From Oscillospiraceae bacterium (GTDB lineage Bacteria; Bacillota; Clostridia; Oscillospirales; Ruminococcaceae), in contig JAGALZ010000021.1 in assembly GCA_017848055.1 (NCBI GenBank), positions 12 through 64,011 of the forward strand: 64,000 nt of DNA, written 5' to 3'. The translations under genes and the position numbers were made by a program. Of the stretch, positions 19,117 to 28,974 are shown piece after piece. The notes beneath the pieces are model-generated. The model made no database searches and had not been told where the DNA came from. It saw nothing but the letters and a program-made list of their open reading frames with translations. Each line of letters opens with the position of its first letter. Position 1 is the stretch's first letter.

Positions 19117-20358
19117 TTACTTCTTTCTGCGGGCATTTGCAAGCATAAGCTTTATTCTGTTTTCCTGGTTTACCTTTGTAGCACCCGGGTCATAGTCAAT
19201 AGCAACGATGTTAGCGTCAGGATAAGCCTCCTTTATAACTCTCATCATTCCCTTTGCAACAATATGGTTCGGCAGGCAACCAAACGGCTGTGTGCAGATA
19301 ATGTTATCAGTGCCTGTTTCAGCAAGAGCTGCCATTTCAGCTGTAATAAGCCAGCCTTCACCCATCTTTACACCCTGGTGGATGAACTTGTCAGCATAAG
19401 CTCTCAGCTCTTCAAAATCGTGAGGAGGGAAGAACACGCCGTGCTCCTTGATGACCTTAATCTGCTGCTTCTGATAGTGGTAAAGTACCTCGTAGCCGAC
19501 CGTGTATGCAAGCACCTTCTTGTCACGTCTGTCGTAAAGCTTTCCGTCGTTTACTGAGTCGGAAGCACAGTACAGAACGAAGTCGAGAAGTCCCGGAACG
19601 TTAGGCTCACAGCCCTCTGATACCAAGAATTCATTGAGTCTGTTGTTTGCAAGAGGGGAGTATTTTACGTAAATTTCTCCGACAATACCAACCCTCGGCT
19701 TTTGTTCCTTTGTTCTCTCGATTTTTGCAAAATCGTTGAGGATAGCCTTGTAGTGACGCTTTGTGTCAAAGTACTTATTTGCGGCAAACATCTTGCCAAG
19801 ACGCTTCTGCCACTTTTCAAGAAGTGCGTCAGTTTCGCCCTTGTTCACCTCGTAAGGAAGGCACTGGTTGTATAAAAGCATCAGCAAATCGCCGTAGAGA
19901 ACAGCGTGGATAAGCTTTATCGCAATTGCAGGTGTAATTTTAAATGCCTGCTCCTTTTCAAGTCCGCTGAAGTTGAGCGAGATTACAGGCACCTGCGGAA
20001 ACTGCGAGGAAATCGCCTTTCTGATAAGGTGAATGTAGTTTGAAGCTCTGCATCCACCACCCGTCTGTGACATTAAAAGCGCAGTCTTGTTTACATCGTA
20101 CTTACCGCTCTTGAGAGCATCCATAAATTGTCCGATTACGAGAAGAGCAGGGTAGCAGGTATCGTTGTGGGTGTTCTTGAGTCCCTCGTCGATAACATTT
20201 CTCGAGTCGTTTGTCAGAAGCTCCATGCGGTAGCCGTAGTTCTCAAAAATTTTCATTATAAGCTTGAAATGAATAGGGAGCATATCAGGCACAAGAATGG
20301 TGTAGTCCTTTTTCATTTCCTCTGTAAATATGGTCTTATTTACTCTTTCAGAACTCAT
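19117..20358 (-). CDS. 2-hydroxyacyl-CoA dehydratase D-component-like protein (HgdB/YjiM-like)
   Basis: Family call rests on size and on its position as partner of the upstream activase gene. The ORF is open from 20412. ATG 20358 (MSSERV) has GAAAGG 9 nt upstream and removes the overlap with the upstream gene. Confidence 0.65.
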   Translation of the reverse strand: MSSERVNKTIFTEEMKKDYTILVPDMLPIHFKLIMKIFENYGYRMELLTNDSRNVIDEGLKNTHNDTCYPALLVIGQFMDALKSGKYDVNKTALLMSQTGGGCRASNYIHLIRKAISSQFPQVPVISLNFSGLEKEQAFKITPAIAIKLIHAVLYGDLLMLLYNQCLPYEVNKGETDALLEKWQKRLGKMFAANKYFDTKRHYKAILNDFAKIERTKEQKPRVGIVGEIYVKYSPLANNRLNEFLVSEGCEPNVPGLLDFVLYCASDSVNDGKLYDRRDKKVLAYTVGYEVLYHYQKQQIKVIKEHGVFFPPHDFEELRAYADKFIHQGVKMGEGWLITAEMAALAETGTDNIICTQPFGCLPNHIVAKGMMRVIKEAYPDANIVAIDYDPGATKVNQENRIKLMLANARRKK

Positions 20359-20380
20359 CTGATTCATCCTTTCAAAGAGA

Positions 20381-23317
20381 TTACTTTTCCTTTTCTTCAA
20401 GTGCCGCAACAAGTGAACGAAGTCTTATTCTCGCCGCACCAAGGTTATTGATTTCGTCGATTTTAAGCTGTGTGTAAAGCTTACCCTTTTCTTCGAGGAT
20501 TGCTCTGACTTCATCAGTTGTAACAGCGTCAATGCCACAGCCGAAGGAAACAAGCTGTACAAGCTCCATATCAGGCTGAGAGCATACATACTGCGCAGCT
20601 CTGTAAAGTCTGGAGTGATATGTCCACTGGTTGAGTACGTCAAGCGGCGGAACATCAACAAGATTTGAAACGCTGTCCTCTGTAACAACAGCAAGTCCGA
20701 GCGAAGCAATCAGCTTGTGGATACCGTGGTTGATTTCAGGGTCAATGTGGTAAGGTCTGCCTGCAAGCACAATAATCTTCTGACCAGCCTTGCGTGCATT
20801 CTCGATAATCTCAAGAGCCTTATTTTCAATGTCCATTCTGAAATTCTGCTGCTGAGTGAAGGCGTGATTGAGTACCTTGTAAATCTGCTTCTGAGTAATG
20901 CCGAATCTTCCGAGAACACGTGCAAGTGCCTTTGAGGTGTGGTTCTTGCAGTTTATGTCAATGTACGGCATAATGAAGTTATCAGAATTAAGTGATGTGT
21001 TGTTTGCCTTCAAAAGCTCAGGATAGTATGCAACAACAGGGCAGTTATAATAGTTGTCGCTTCCGCCCTCGTTCACATTGTAGCTCATACAAGGATAGAA
21101 GATAAAGTCAACATTCTTTTCCAAAAGACTCTCAATGTGTCCGTGTGCAAGCTTTGCAGGGTAGCAAACAGTGTCGGAAGGAATTGTCTGCTGTCCCTTG
21201 TAGTATGTATCTCTTGTTGATTCTTCCGAGAACACAACCTCAAAGCCAAGGTCTGTAAGGAGGGTAGAGAAGAACGGAATAAGGTCATAGAAGCTAAGTG
21301 CAAGCGGTAAACCAACCCTTGCAACAGGCGCTGTCTTAGGCTTGTTCTGTTCGTATGAAAGAATCTTTGAGTACTTGTATTCGTAGAGATTTTCGTTTGT
21401 GACTGTAGGCTTTATGCCTGCACCTCTTTCGCAGCGATTGCCGGATACGAACTTTCTTCCGTCATTGAAACGAATTATAGTAAGGTTGCAGTTTGCACCG
21501 CAGCCGCCGCATTGTGCAGCAGTTGAACGGTATGAAAACTCTGCGAGCTTTTCCTTGTCAAGAAGTGTGCTCTTTTCGTTCTCACAGTTTTCCTTAGCAT
21601 AGAGTGCACATCCGAATGCACCCATAAGTCCCGCGATAGCAGGTCTTGTAACATTTCTCTGAAGCTCCATTTCAAAGCTTCTGAGTACTGCATCGTTAAG
21701 GAAGGTACCGCCCTGTACAACAATGTTCTTTCCAAGCTCGTCAACGCTCTTTGCATGGATAACCTTGTAAATAGCATTCTTGATGATTGAAGATGAAAGA
21801 CCTGCGGAGATATCTGCAACCTCTGCACCGTCCTTCTGCGCCTGCTTAACAGAGCTGTTCATAAATACAGTACATCTCGAGCCAAGCTCAACCGGTTTCT
21901 TTGCGAAAAGACCGAGTCTTGCAAAATCTGCAATCTCATATCCCAGAGCCTGAGCGAATGTCTGAATGAATGAGCCGCATCCTGAGGAGCAAGCCTCATT
22001 GAGCATAATGCTGTCGATAGCGTTGTTCTTGATTTTAAAGCACTTGATATCCTGACCGCCGATGTCAATGATGAAGTCAACATCAGGACAGAAGTATGCT
22101 GCAGCCTTGAAGTGAGCAACTGTTTCTACAATACCGAAATCAACACCAAGACCTGCTCTTATGAGGTCTTCGCCGTAGCCTGTGACAGCAGATGAGCGGA
22201 TGTTGAGCTTAGGATTTGCAATTTCGTAGATTTCCTTGATTTTATCAGCGATAATATCAAGAGGCTGTCCCATATTTGAGCAGTAGTGACGGTAGAGAAG
22301 TCTGCCCTCAGGAGTGATAAGCACAAGCTTTGTGGTAGTAGAGCCTGCGTCAATTCCCAGGTATGCGTCGCCCTCGTAGGTCTTGATGTCCTCGTATTTG
22401 AGGTCGCTGCGCTTGTGTCTTTCAACGAATTCGTGATATTCGTCCTGGTTAGAAAACAAAGGCTTGCCGATAACTATATTGTCAGCGGATTTTGCATTCT
22501 TAATTTTTTCAATAGCTTCTTCAATGGTCATTTCCTCGGAAATTTCTTCAGCCTGAAGTGCAGAGCCGTAAGCCATAAATACAGGAGCCAGCTCAGGAAG
22601 TACAGCGTGTTCATCATCAAGCTTCAGAGTGTCCTTGAATGCCTTTCTGAGAGCCGGCAGGAAGGAGAGAGGGCCGCCAAGGAAAAGTACCTTTCCCTCA
22701 ACCTTTCTTCCCTGTGCAAGACCAGAAACAGTCTGGTCGACAACAGCCTGAAAAATTGAAGCTGCAATGTCCTCTTTTTTAGCACCCTGGTTGAGAAGCG
22801 GCTGAATATCGGACTTTGCAAAAACCCCGCATCTCGAAGCAATAGGATAAATCTTTTCGTGCTTTAACGCAAGGTCATTGAGCATATCAGGTGTAACACC
22901 CAGAAGTGTAGCCATCTGGTCGATAAATGCACCTGTACCGCCGGCGCAAGAGCCGTTCATTCTCTGCTCAACGCCGCCTGTAAGGAATATAATCTTTGCG
23001 TCCTCGCCGCCGAGCTCAACTACAACGTCAGCATCAGGGTAGGATTTTTCAACAGCAACAAAAGCGGAATAAACTTCCTGAACGAAGGAAATTCCACTTG
23101 CGTTTGCAATTCCGAGACCTGCCGAACCGGTAATTGCAATCTTGAAAGAGCAGTCCTTGTAGTCAGTCAAAATTGCTTCAAGTTGCTCGATAACAGTTTC
23201 TTTTACTTTAGAAAAGTGACGCTGATACTTTGAGTAAATTATTTCCGAGCCATCAATAATGACTGTTTTTACCGTTGTAGAACCAACGTCAATTCCGAGG
23301 TTAAGTCTTTTGTTCAT
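20381..23317 (-). CDS. Tandem BcrAD/BadFG-type ATPase (CoA-substrate-specific enzyme activase) fused to a dehydratase-like domain
   Basis: Two ASKHA ATPase repeats starting LGIDVGSTTVK (aa 7) and LGIDAGSTTTK (aa ~320). Cys cluster CGGCGANC...C. C-terminal ~380 aa HgdB-like. Confidence 0.8.
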   Translation of the reverse strand: MNKRLNLGIDVGSTTVKTVIIDGSEIIYSKYQRHFSKVKETVIEQLEAILTDYKDCSFKIAITGSAGLGIANASGISFVQEVYSAFVAVEKSYPDADVVVELGGEDAKIIFLTGGVEQRMNGSCAGGTGAFIDQMATLLGVTPDMLNDLALKHEKIYPIASRCGVFAKSDIQPLLNQGAKKEDIAASIFQAVVDQTVSGLAQGRKVEGKVLFLGGPLSFLPALRKAFKDTLKLDDEHAVLPELAPVFMAYGSALQAEEISEEMTIEEAIEKIKNAKSADNIVIGKPLFSNQDEYHEFVERHKRSDLKYEDIKTYEGDAYLGIDAGSTTTKLVLITPEGRLLYRHYCSNMGQPLDIIADKIKEIYEIANPKLNIRSSAVTGYGEDLIRAGLGVDFGIVETVAHFKAAAYFCPDVDFIIDIGGQDIKCFKIKNNAIDSIMLNEACSSGCGSFIQTFAQALGYEIADFARLGLFAKKPVELGSRCTVFMNSSVKQAQKDGAEVADISAGLSSSIIKNAIYKVIHAKSVDELGKNIVVQGGTFLNDAVLRSFEMELQRNVTRPAIAGLMGAFGCALYAKENCENEKSTLLDKEKLAEFSYRSTAAQCGGCGANCNLTIIRFNDGRKFVSGNRCERGAGIKPTVTNENLYEYKYSKILSYEQNKPKTAPVARVGLPLALSFYDLIPFFSTLLTDLGFEVVFSEESTRDTYYKGQQTIPSDTVCYPAKLAHGHIESLLEKNVDFIFYPCMSYNVNEGGSDNYYNCPVVAYYPELLKANNTSLNSDNFIMPYIDINCKNHTSKALARVLGRFGITQKQIYKVLNHAFTQQQNFRMDIENKALEIIENARKAGQKIIVLAGRPYHIDPEINHGIHKLIASLGLAVVTEDSVSNLVDVPPLDVLNQWTYHSRLYRAAQYVCSQPDMELVQLVSFGCGIDAVTTDEVRAILEEKGKLYTQLKIDEINNLGAARIRLRSLVAALEEKEK

Positions 23318-23475
23318 AATATACCGCTAAGCTGCGGACACCTCCATACAAAATTTATTTGCAATCATAAAAATTATATCACATTTCATCGAAAAAGAAA
23401 AGCTATTTACTGCAATTTTCTCGTTTTGTTAATAATGATGTTTCCACGTGCCGTTTTATACTGCAAAATGACTAC

Positions 23476-23504
23476 TTGACGTAGGAATTTTAATGGTATA
23501 TAAT
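23476..23504 (+). promoter_or_regulatory. Promoter of rnpB
   Basis: TTGACG (23476-23481), 17 nt, TATAAT (23499-23504), ~7 nt before the predicted RNA 5' end. Confidence 0.7.
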
Positions 23505-23511
23505 AAGCTTT

Positions 23512-23853
23512 GTGAGCAGACTATGCGATAGCGTGAACGAAAAAGTTCATGAGGAAAGTCCGAGCATCACAGAGCAGGGTAACTGATAACATCAGCCGAG
23601 GGCGACCTTAGGGCAAGTGCAACAGAAATATACCGCCGCTTTTGCGGTAAGGGTGGAAAGGTGCGGTAAGAGCGCACCGGATTATCTGAGAGGATAATGC
23701 CGTGTAAACCCTACCCGATGCAACTCCAATGGTAAACCGAAAACCAATGTCTGCTCGGCAGGTTCAGGTTTATAGGAGGCTTGAGCTTTACGGCAACGTA
23801 AAGACTAGATAGATTATCGCACACGACAAAACTCGGCTTATCGGTCTGGTCAC
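23512..23853 (+). ncRNA. rnpB: RNase P RNA, bacterial type A
   Basis: Universally conserved GAGGAAAGTCCG (23551-23562), GTGCAACAGAAA, GGTGGAAAGGTGCGGTAAGAGCGCACCG and GACAAAACTCGGCTTATCGG (23825-23844). The 5' GTGAGCAGAC pairs with the 3' GGTCTGGTCAC (P1). Closely parallels E. coli M1 RNA segments. Confidence 0.93.
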
Positions 23854-23860
23854 TACAAAG

Positions 23861-23889
23861 AATCGGAGTATAATCTACTCCGATTTTTT
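23861..23889 (+). terminator. Terminator of rnpB
   Basis: AATCGGAGTA-TAATC-TACTCCGATT followed by TTTT. Confidence 0.8.
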
Positions 23890-23950
23890 GTTTATCTTGA
23901 CTTTATCAGTCAAATATAGTATCATAGAATAATAGATTTTATGAGGAAAA

Positions 23951-25327
23951 GTGATAGTTATGAAAAAGAAAATTGAAGAATATCTTAACAGTAATTTGGA
24001 TAATATCGTTTCTGACCTTAAGGGACTTATGCAGATAAACAGTGTCTGCTCTGAACCTATGCCGGGTATGCCATACGGCGAAGGCTCTGCCAAGGCTCTC
24101 GAATATATAAAGCAGCTTTCTGAAAGACTCGGTCTTAAAACAAGAACCTTCCAGAATTACGCTGTAACAGCCGATTATGGAACTCCCGACAAGGAGGTAG
24201 CCCTCGGAATTCTTGCACACGTTGACGTTGTGCCGGAGGGTGACGGCTGGACTTACCCTTGCTTTGATTTGACAATTGACAACGGAAGAGCATACGGAAG
24301 GGGTGCAATCGACGATAAGGGTCCTGCTGTAGCTTCTCTTTATGCGGTCAAGGCACTTAATGACCTCGGAATAGAGCTTAAGAAGAACGTAAGATATATT
24401 TTCGGCGGCGGTGAAGAAATCGGCTGCAACGACATTGAGTATTATCAGGAACAGGAAGCTCTCCCTGATATGCTTCTGACTCCCGACGGAGAGTTCCCGA
24501 TAGTGAATGCAGAAAAGGGAATTGTGCAGGTGTTCGCTCAGAAGGATATTGCTTCTTCAAAGCTTAAGGAATTAAAGTGCCTTGGTGCTGTAAACGCTGT
24601 CCCTGCGAAGGCTACTGCCAGAATTACCGGGTTCTTGATGGATGATGTTCTTGATGCAATCGAAAAAATGACATATCCTACTGAGTTTAAGCTTCAGCAG
24701 GACAATGGAGATATCGTAATTACATCAATCGGTAAGGCTGCCCACGGTTCCAGACCTCACCTCGGTATGAATGCTCTTACCGCATTGCTCGGACTTCTCA
24801 ATGCACTTGATATTGAAATTGCAACAGAGCTTTGTACACTTTTTGCTTATGATGAGTACAACGGAAAGAGCTTCGGTGTTGATTTCTCAGATGAGGTTTC
24901 AGGCGAGCTTTCACTTGCACTTACAGTATGTGATTTGGAAAACAACCATATAAAAATCGGACTCGATTCAAGATTCCCGATAAGCAAGACATACGATGAC
25001 GTTTCAAAGCCGATTATCGCAAAGCTTGAGGCTATCGGATTTGAAATCTATGATTCCCACGGTATGGAAGCCCACTATGTTGATGAAAACTCTGAGTTTA
25101 TTTCAGCAGTAAAAAGAGCATACAAGGAAATTATCGGTGAGGAAGCAAAGTGCATTTGCGAAACAGGTGCAACCTATGTCCACAATACTCCGAGTGGTGT
25201 AGCATTCGGCCCCGAGATGAGCGGTGAAAACAACGGAATGCATTCTGCAAACGAAAGCATCGCACTCGACAGACTCGTTCTTCTCGCAAGAGTTTACGCT
25301 CAGGCAATTATTGAAATCTGCGGATAA
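23951..25327 (+). CDS. pepV: M20 family dipeptidase PepV-like
   Basis: ILAHVDVVPEGDGW and GRGAIDDKGP metal-binding motifs. 458 aa. The start could be the GTG at 23951 or the ATG at 23960. Confidence 0.8.
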   Translation: MIVMKKKIEEYLNSNLDNIVSDLKGLMQINSVCSEPMPGMPYGEGSAKALEYIKQLSERLGLKTRTFQNYAVTADYGTPDKEVALGILAHVDVVPEGDGWTYPCFDLTIDNGRAYGRGAIDDKGPAVASLYAVKALNDLGIELKKNVRYIFGGGEEIGCNDIEYYQEQEALPDMLLTPDGEFPIVNAEKGIVQVFAQKDIASSKLKELKCLGAVNAVPAKATARITGFLMDDVLDAIEKMTYPTEFKLQQDNGDIVITSIGKAAHGSRPHLGMNALTALLGLLNALDIEIATELCTLFAYDEYNGKSFGVDFSDEVSGELSLALTVCDLENNHIKIGLDSRFPISKTYDDVSKPIIAKLEAIGFEIYDSHGMEAHYVDENSEFISAVKRAYKEIIGEEAKCICETGATYVHNTPSGVAFGPEMSGENNGMHSANESIALDRLVLLARVYAQAIIEICG

Positions 25328-25342
25328 GGAAGTAATGACAGA

Positions 25343-26197
25343 ATGAAAATTGCAGTTGTAGGCTTAGGACTCATAGGCGGTTCAATTGCCAAGACAATTA
25401 AGAAAAACACGTCGCATAACTGCTACGGAATAGATACTAATAAAAATACGATAGCATTAGCACTTAGCCAGGAAGCGATTGATGCAGAGCTTACTACTGA
25501 CGGACTTTGCGATATGGATATCGTAATAGTGTCGCTTTATGCAGGCGGAATAGTAAATTTTGTCCTTTCAAATCTTGACAATTTCAAAAAGGGTGCAGTG
25601 GTAATTGATACCTGTGGAGTAAAGTCCGAAATTGTCGCAAAGCTTGAAAAACCGCTTTCGGAAAAGGGTGTCCACTTTGTAGGATGTCACCCGATGGCAG
25701 GAAGAGAGTTTTCGGGCTTTGAATATGCGCTGGATAATCTTTTCGATAATGCAAGCTGTATTATTACGCCGACAGAAAAAACTGACGTTAAGGCATTATC
25801 GACAGTCAAGGAGCTAGCAAAGCAGATGAGATTCCGCAGGGTAGTCGAAAGCACACCTGAAAAGCATGACAAGGTTATTGCCTTTACATCTCAGCTTGCA
25901 CATGTAGTGTCAGCTTCTTATGTTAAAAGCCCGTCGCTTTTTGAGCAGGACGGCTTTTCTGCAGGAAGCTTCAAGGATATGACAAGAGTTGCTTACCTTA
26001 ACGAAAATATGTGGACTGAGCTTTTTATGCTCAATAAAGAAGCACTTATTCCCGAGATAGAAAGTGTTATCAAAGCACTTACCGATTATAGGGATTGCCT
26101 CGTAAATGATGACAGCGAAAGACTCAGAGAGCTTCTCAAGGATAGTAGAGAGCTTAAAACAAAATCCAACGAACAGATTGCTAAATTCAATAGCTGA
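25343..26197 (+). CDS. tyrA: Prephenate dehydrogenase
   Basis: N-terminal Rossmann KIAVVGLGLIGGSIA and HPMAGRE catalytic region. Confidence 0.85.
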   Translation: MKIAVVGLGLIGGSIAKTIKKNTSHNCYGIDTNKNTIALALSQEAIDAELTTDGLCDMDIVIVSLYAGGIVNFVLSNLDNFKKGAVVIDTCGVKSEIVAKLEKPLSEKGVHFVGCHPMAGREFSGFEYALDNLFDNASCIITPTEKTDVKALSTVKELAKQMRFRRVVESTPEKHDKVIAFTSQLAHVVSASYVKSPSLFEQDGFSAGSFKDMTRVAYLNENMWTELFMLNKEALIPEIESVIKALTDYRDCLVNDDSERLRELLKDSRELKTKSNEQIAKFNS

Positions 26198-26200
26198 CAG

Positions 26201-26234
26201 ATTCAAGCCGTAGAAATGCGGCTTGAATTTTTTA
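26201..26234 (+). terminator. Rho-independent terminator
   Basis: ATTCAAGCCG-loop-CGGCTTGAAT followed by TTTTTT. Confidence 0.8.
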
Positions 26235-26303
26235 TTATTGTATTTGGTGTAATATTATGATATAATAAACTTAATAATGTGTTATGAAAGGAATTTTGTG
26301 TTT

Positions 26304-27524
26304 ATGAATATTGCAGTTGCTCAGTCAGGTGGCCCTACCTGTGCTATCAACGCTTCGCTTGTAGGTGTTTACAGACAGGCTCTCAAAACCCCGGAAATTG
26401 ATTCGGTTTTCGGCTCAATAAACGGTATTGAAGGTATCATCAATGATGACCTTATTATCCTCAACTCTGTTATCAACTCAAACGAAGATATGGAGCTTTT
26501 AAGACAGACTCCTTCTACAATCTTAGGTTCCTGCCGTTATAAGCTGCCTGACAGTAAGGATAACGAGGAAGTATATAAGAAAATCCTCAATACCTTTGAT
26601 AAGCATAGAATTAAGAAGTTCATCTATATCGGCGGTAATGACTCAATGGATACCGTTGTAAAGCTTTCTGCGTATCTTAAGAGTATTGACAGAGAGGATA
26701 TCTGCGTTATTGGTGTTCCGAAGACTATCGATAATGACCTTTGTGTAACCGACCATACACCGGGATTTGGTTCTGCAGCAAAGTATGTTGCCGCATCTGT
26801 ACAGGAAATTATCCGTGACAGCCGTGTTTACAGTATCGAAAGCGTTACTATCATTGAAATTATGGGAAGACACGCAGGCTGGCTTACAGCTTCTACCTGT
26901 ATGCTCAGAGCAAACGGCGAAATTGCTCCTCATCTCATTTATTTGCCTGAGGGAGATTTCAGCGTAAAGAAGTTTGTTGAGGACGTAAGATGTCAGCAGG
27001 CTAAGCATCAGGCCGTTATCGTTGCAGTATCTGAAGGTGTTACAATTAACCCTGAAGAGGTTGATTTGTCTGAATTCCAGTCAGGTGCAACCGATGCATT
27101 TGGTCATACATATCTTTCAGGAATCGGTAAGTGCCTCGAAAAGATTATTGCCAAGGAAATAAACTGTAAGGTTCGTTCAATCGAGCTCAACGTTATGCAG
27201 AGATGCTCAAGCCATATCTGCTCAAAGACCGACATTGATGAGGCTGAGGAAATCGGTGCAAAGGGACTCATTTCCGCAATGAACGGTAACAGCGGCAAGA
27301 TGATGTATTATAAGCGTCTTAGCTCTGTTCCTTATGTAATTACAATCGAGGAAACCGATGCATCAGAGGTTGCAAATAAGGAAAAAATGTTCCCGAAGAA
27401 GTGGATAAATGATGCAGGAAATAATGTTTCCGATGATGCACTCAAGTACTTCCTGCCACTTATCCAGGGTGAGGTTGATACGTTTATGAGAAACGGTATG
27501 CCTCTGCATTTTATTCTTAAATAA
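26304..27524 (+). CDS. 6-phosphofructokinase, PPi-dependent type by signature residues
   Basis: PfkA fold motifs GGNDS, PKTIDND, MGRHAGWL. Asp at the GDGS Gly104-equivalent and Lys at the 124-equivalent are the known PPi-specificity markers. ATG 26304 follows AAAGGA (ORF open from 26277). Confidence 0.8.
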   Translation: MNIAVAQSGGPTCAINASLVGVYRQALKTPEIDSVFGSINGIEGIINDDLIILNSVINSNEDMELLRQTPSTILGSCRYKLPDSKDNEEVYKKILNTFDKHRIKKFIYIGGNDSMDTVVKLSAYLKSIDREDICVIGVPKTIDNDLCVTDHTPGFGSAAKYVAASVQEIIRDSRVYSIESVTIIEIMGRHAGWLTASTCMLRANGEIAPHLIYLPEGDFSVKKFVEDVRCQQAKHQAVIVAVSEGVTINPEEVDLSEFQSGATDAFGHTYLSGIGKCLEKIIAKEINCKVRSIELNVMQRCSSHICSKTDIDEAEEIGAKGLISAMNGNSGKMMYYKRLSSVPYVITIEETDASEVANKEKMFPKKWINDAGNNVSDDALKYFLPLIQGEVDTFMRNGMPLHFILK

Positions 27525-27543
27525 ATTCTAGGGGGGAAGTCTT

Positions 27544-28710
27544 ATGACTTCTTTGCTGATAAAGATTTTTATAAAAAACGGCGATGTAAAGGATGCCGAG
27601 GTCAGAAGAAAGTATGGATATCTCGGCTCGTTTACAGGTATAGCACTCAATATTCTTTTGTTTATCGGAAAAATTATTGCGGGAATTATCGCAGGTGCGG
27701 TATCAGTTATCGCCGATGCATTCAATAACCTTTCCGATGCCGGCTCTTCAATTCTCACTCTTGTGGGCTTTAAGTTCGCTGGAAGACCCGCCGACAAGGA
27801 GCATCCGTTTGGTCACGGCAGAATGGAATATGTAACGGGACTTATCGTTTCGTTTGTCATTATGATGATGGGCTTCGAGCTTTTGAAATCGTCTGTAGGG
27901 AAGATACTGTCGCCAGAAGATATCAAATTCAGCCCGCTTGCTCTCGGTATTCTTATCGCATCGGTGCTTGTAAAGCTCTGGATGTCGCTGTTTAACAGAA
28001 AACTCGGCAAAATTATCAATTCAACTGCTCTTAAAGCAACCGCAACGGATAGCCTTACCGACTCAGTTGCAACAACTGTAGTTATAATTTCTATGCTTGT
28101 ATCTAAGTTTACAGGCTTTGATGCTGACGGATATGCAGGCGTTCTGGTTTCGCTCTTTATATTCTATGCAGGTATCAATACCTTCAAAGACAGCCTTACT
28201 CCGCTTTTGGGAAGCCGTCCCGACAAGGAGTTTGTAAACGAAGTGTATGAAAGAGTTATGAGCTATCCTGAGATTGTTGGTGTTCATGACCTTATGGTTC
28301 ATGACTACGGTGTAGGTAATCTTGTTATTTCACTCCACGCGGAAGTTCCTTGCCAGATGGACTTTGAAAAGGCACATGAGCTTATCGATATCATCGAAGA
28401 TGACCTTAAGACTCAGTATACCTGCCTTGCGACTATTCATATGGACCCTGTAGCTTCACATGATGAGGAAACTCAGAATGCTAAAGCTATGGTGCAAAAG
28501 GTAGTAGCTGAGATTGATACAAGTCTTACAATACACGACTTCAGAATGACTAAGGGAACAACACATATCAATCTGCTTTTTGACGTTGTGGTGCCGTATG
28601 GCTTCAGATACAGCGATGATAAGACGGTCGAAATGATAAGAAATAAGCTTCACGAGATTGACGAAAAGTATTTTGCTGTAATTGTAGTCGATAAAGATAT
28701 GACAATGTAA
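27544..28710 (+). CDS. Cation diffusion facilitator family transporter
   Basis: IADAFNNLSD, EHPFGHGRMEY, six TM segments, C-terminal cytoplasmic domain. Confidence 0.85.
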   Translation: MTSLLIKIFIKNGDVKDAEVRRKYGYLGSFTGIALNILLFIGKIIAGIIAGAVSVIADAFNNLSDAGSSILTLVGFKFAGRPADKEHPFGHGRMEYVTGLIVSFVIMMMGFELLKSSVGKILSPEDIKFSPLALGILIASVLVKLWMSLFNRKLGKIINSTALKATATDSLTDSVATTVVIISMLVSKFTGFDADGYAGVLVSLFIFYAGINTFKDSLTPLLGSRPDKEFVNEVYERVMSYPEIVGVHDLMVHDYGVGNLVISLHAEVPCQMDFEKAHELIDIIEDDLKTQYTCLATIHMDPVASHDEETQNAKAMVQKVVAEIDTSLTIHDFRMTKGTTHINLLFDVVVPYGFRYSDDKTVEMIRNKLHEIDEKYFAVIVVDKDMTM

Positions 28711-28716
28711 GTTTAT

Positions 28717-28745
28717 AGCCGCAGGAATTATCCTGCGGCTTTTTG
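28717..28745 (+). terminator. Rho-independent terminator
   Basis: AGCCGCAGGA-ATTA-TCCTGCGGCT followed by TTTT. Confidence 0.85.
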
Positions 28746-28854
28746 CATACTATTTTGTGGACAAGAATTTTATACAAATTTGTATAGGGGAAGTGTGCTG
28801 TTTAAATCAAAATAAACAAAATTTTCTATTGGTAAATTTAATGTGAAAAACTGC

Positions 28855-28883
28855 TTGACAAATGTGAAAAAATGGTGTAAACT
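28855..28883 (+). promoter_or_regulatory. feo operon promoter
   Basis: TTGACA (28855-28860), 17 nt, TAAACT (28878-28883). Confidence 0.55.
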
Positions 28884-28888
28884 GTAAT

Positions 28889-28908
28889 CAGTTAGCTAAG
28901 GCTAACTG
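28889..28908. promoter_or_regulatory. Operator palindrome 1 (CAGTTAGC-TAAG-GCTAACTG)
   Basis: Perfect 8-4-8 inverted repeat starting 6 nt after the -10 element. Confidence 0.6.
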
Positions 28909-28923
28909 TAAATTATATCTATA

Positions 28924-28941
28924 AGTTAGCCTATGCTAATT
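28924..28941. promoter_or_regulatory. Operator palindrome 2 (AGTTAGC-CTAT-GCTAATT)
   Basis: Same 7-4-7 motif with one mismatch, 35 bp downstream of palindrome 1. Confidence 0.5.
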
Positions 28942-28974
28942 AGCGCAGGCTGACATAGAATAGAGTGGAGGAAA

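Noticed and set aside
20358-20412. A 32-nt overlap between the activase ORF and the downstream dehydratase-like ORF, read as evidence of a frameshifted single gene or pseudogene.
   Set aside because: A better start (ATG 20358, GAAAGG 9 nt upstream) gives a normal 22-nt intergenic spacer. Both ORFs are full-length and intact.
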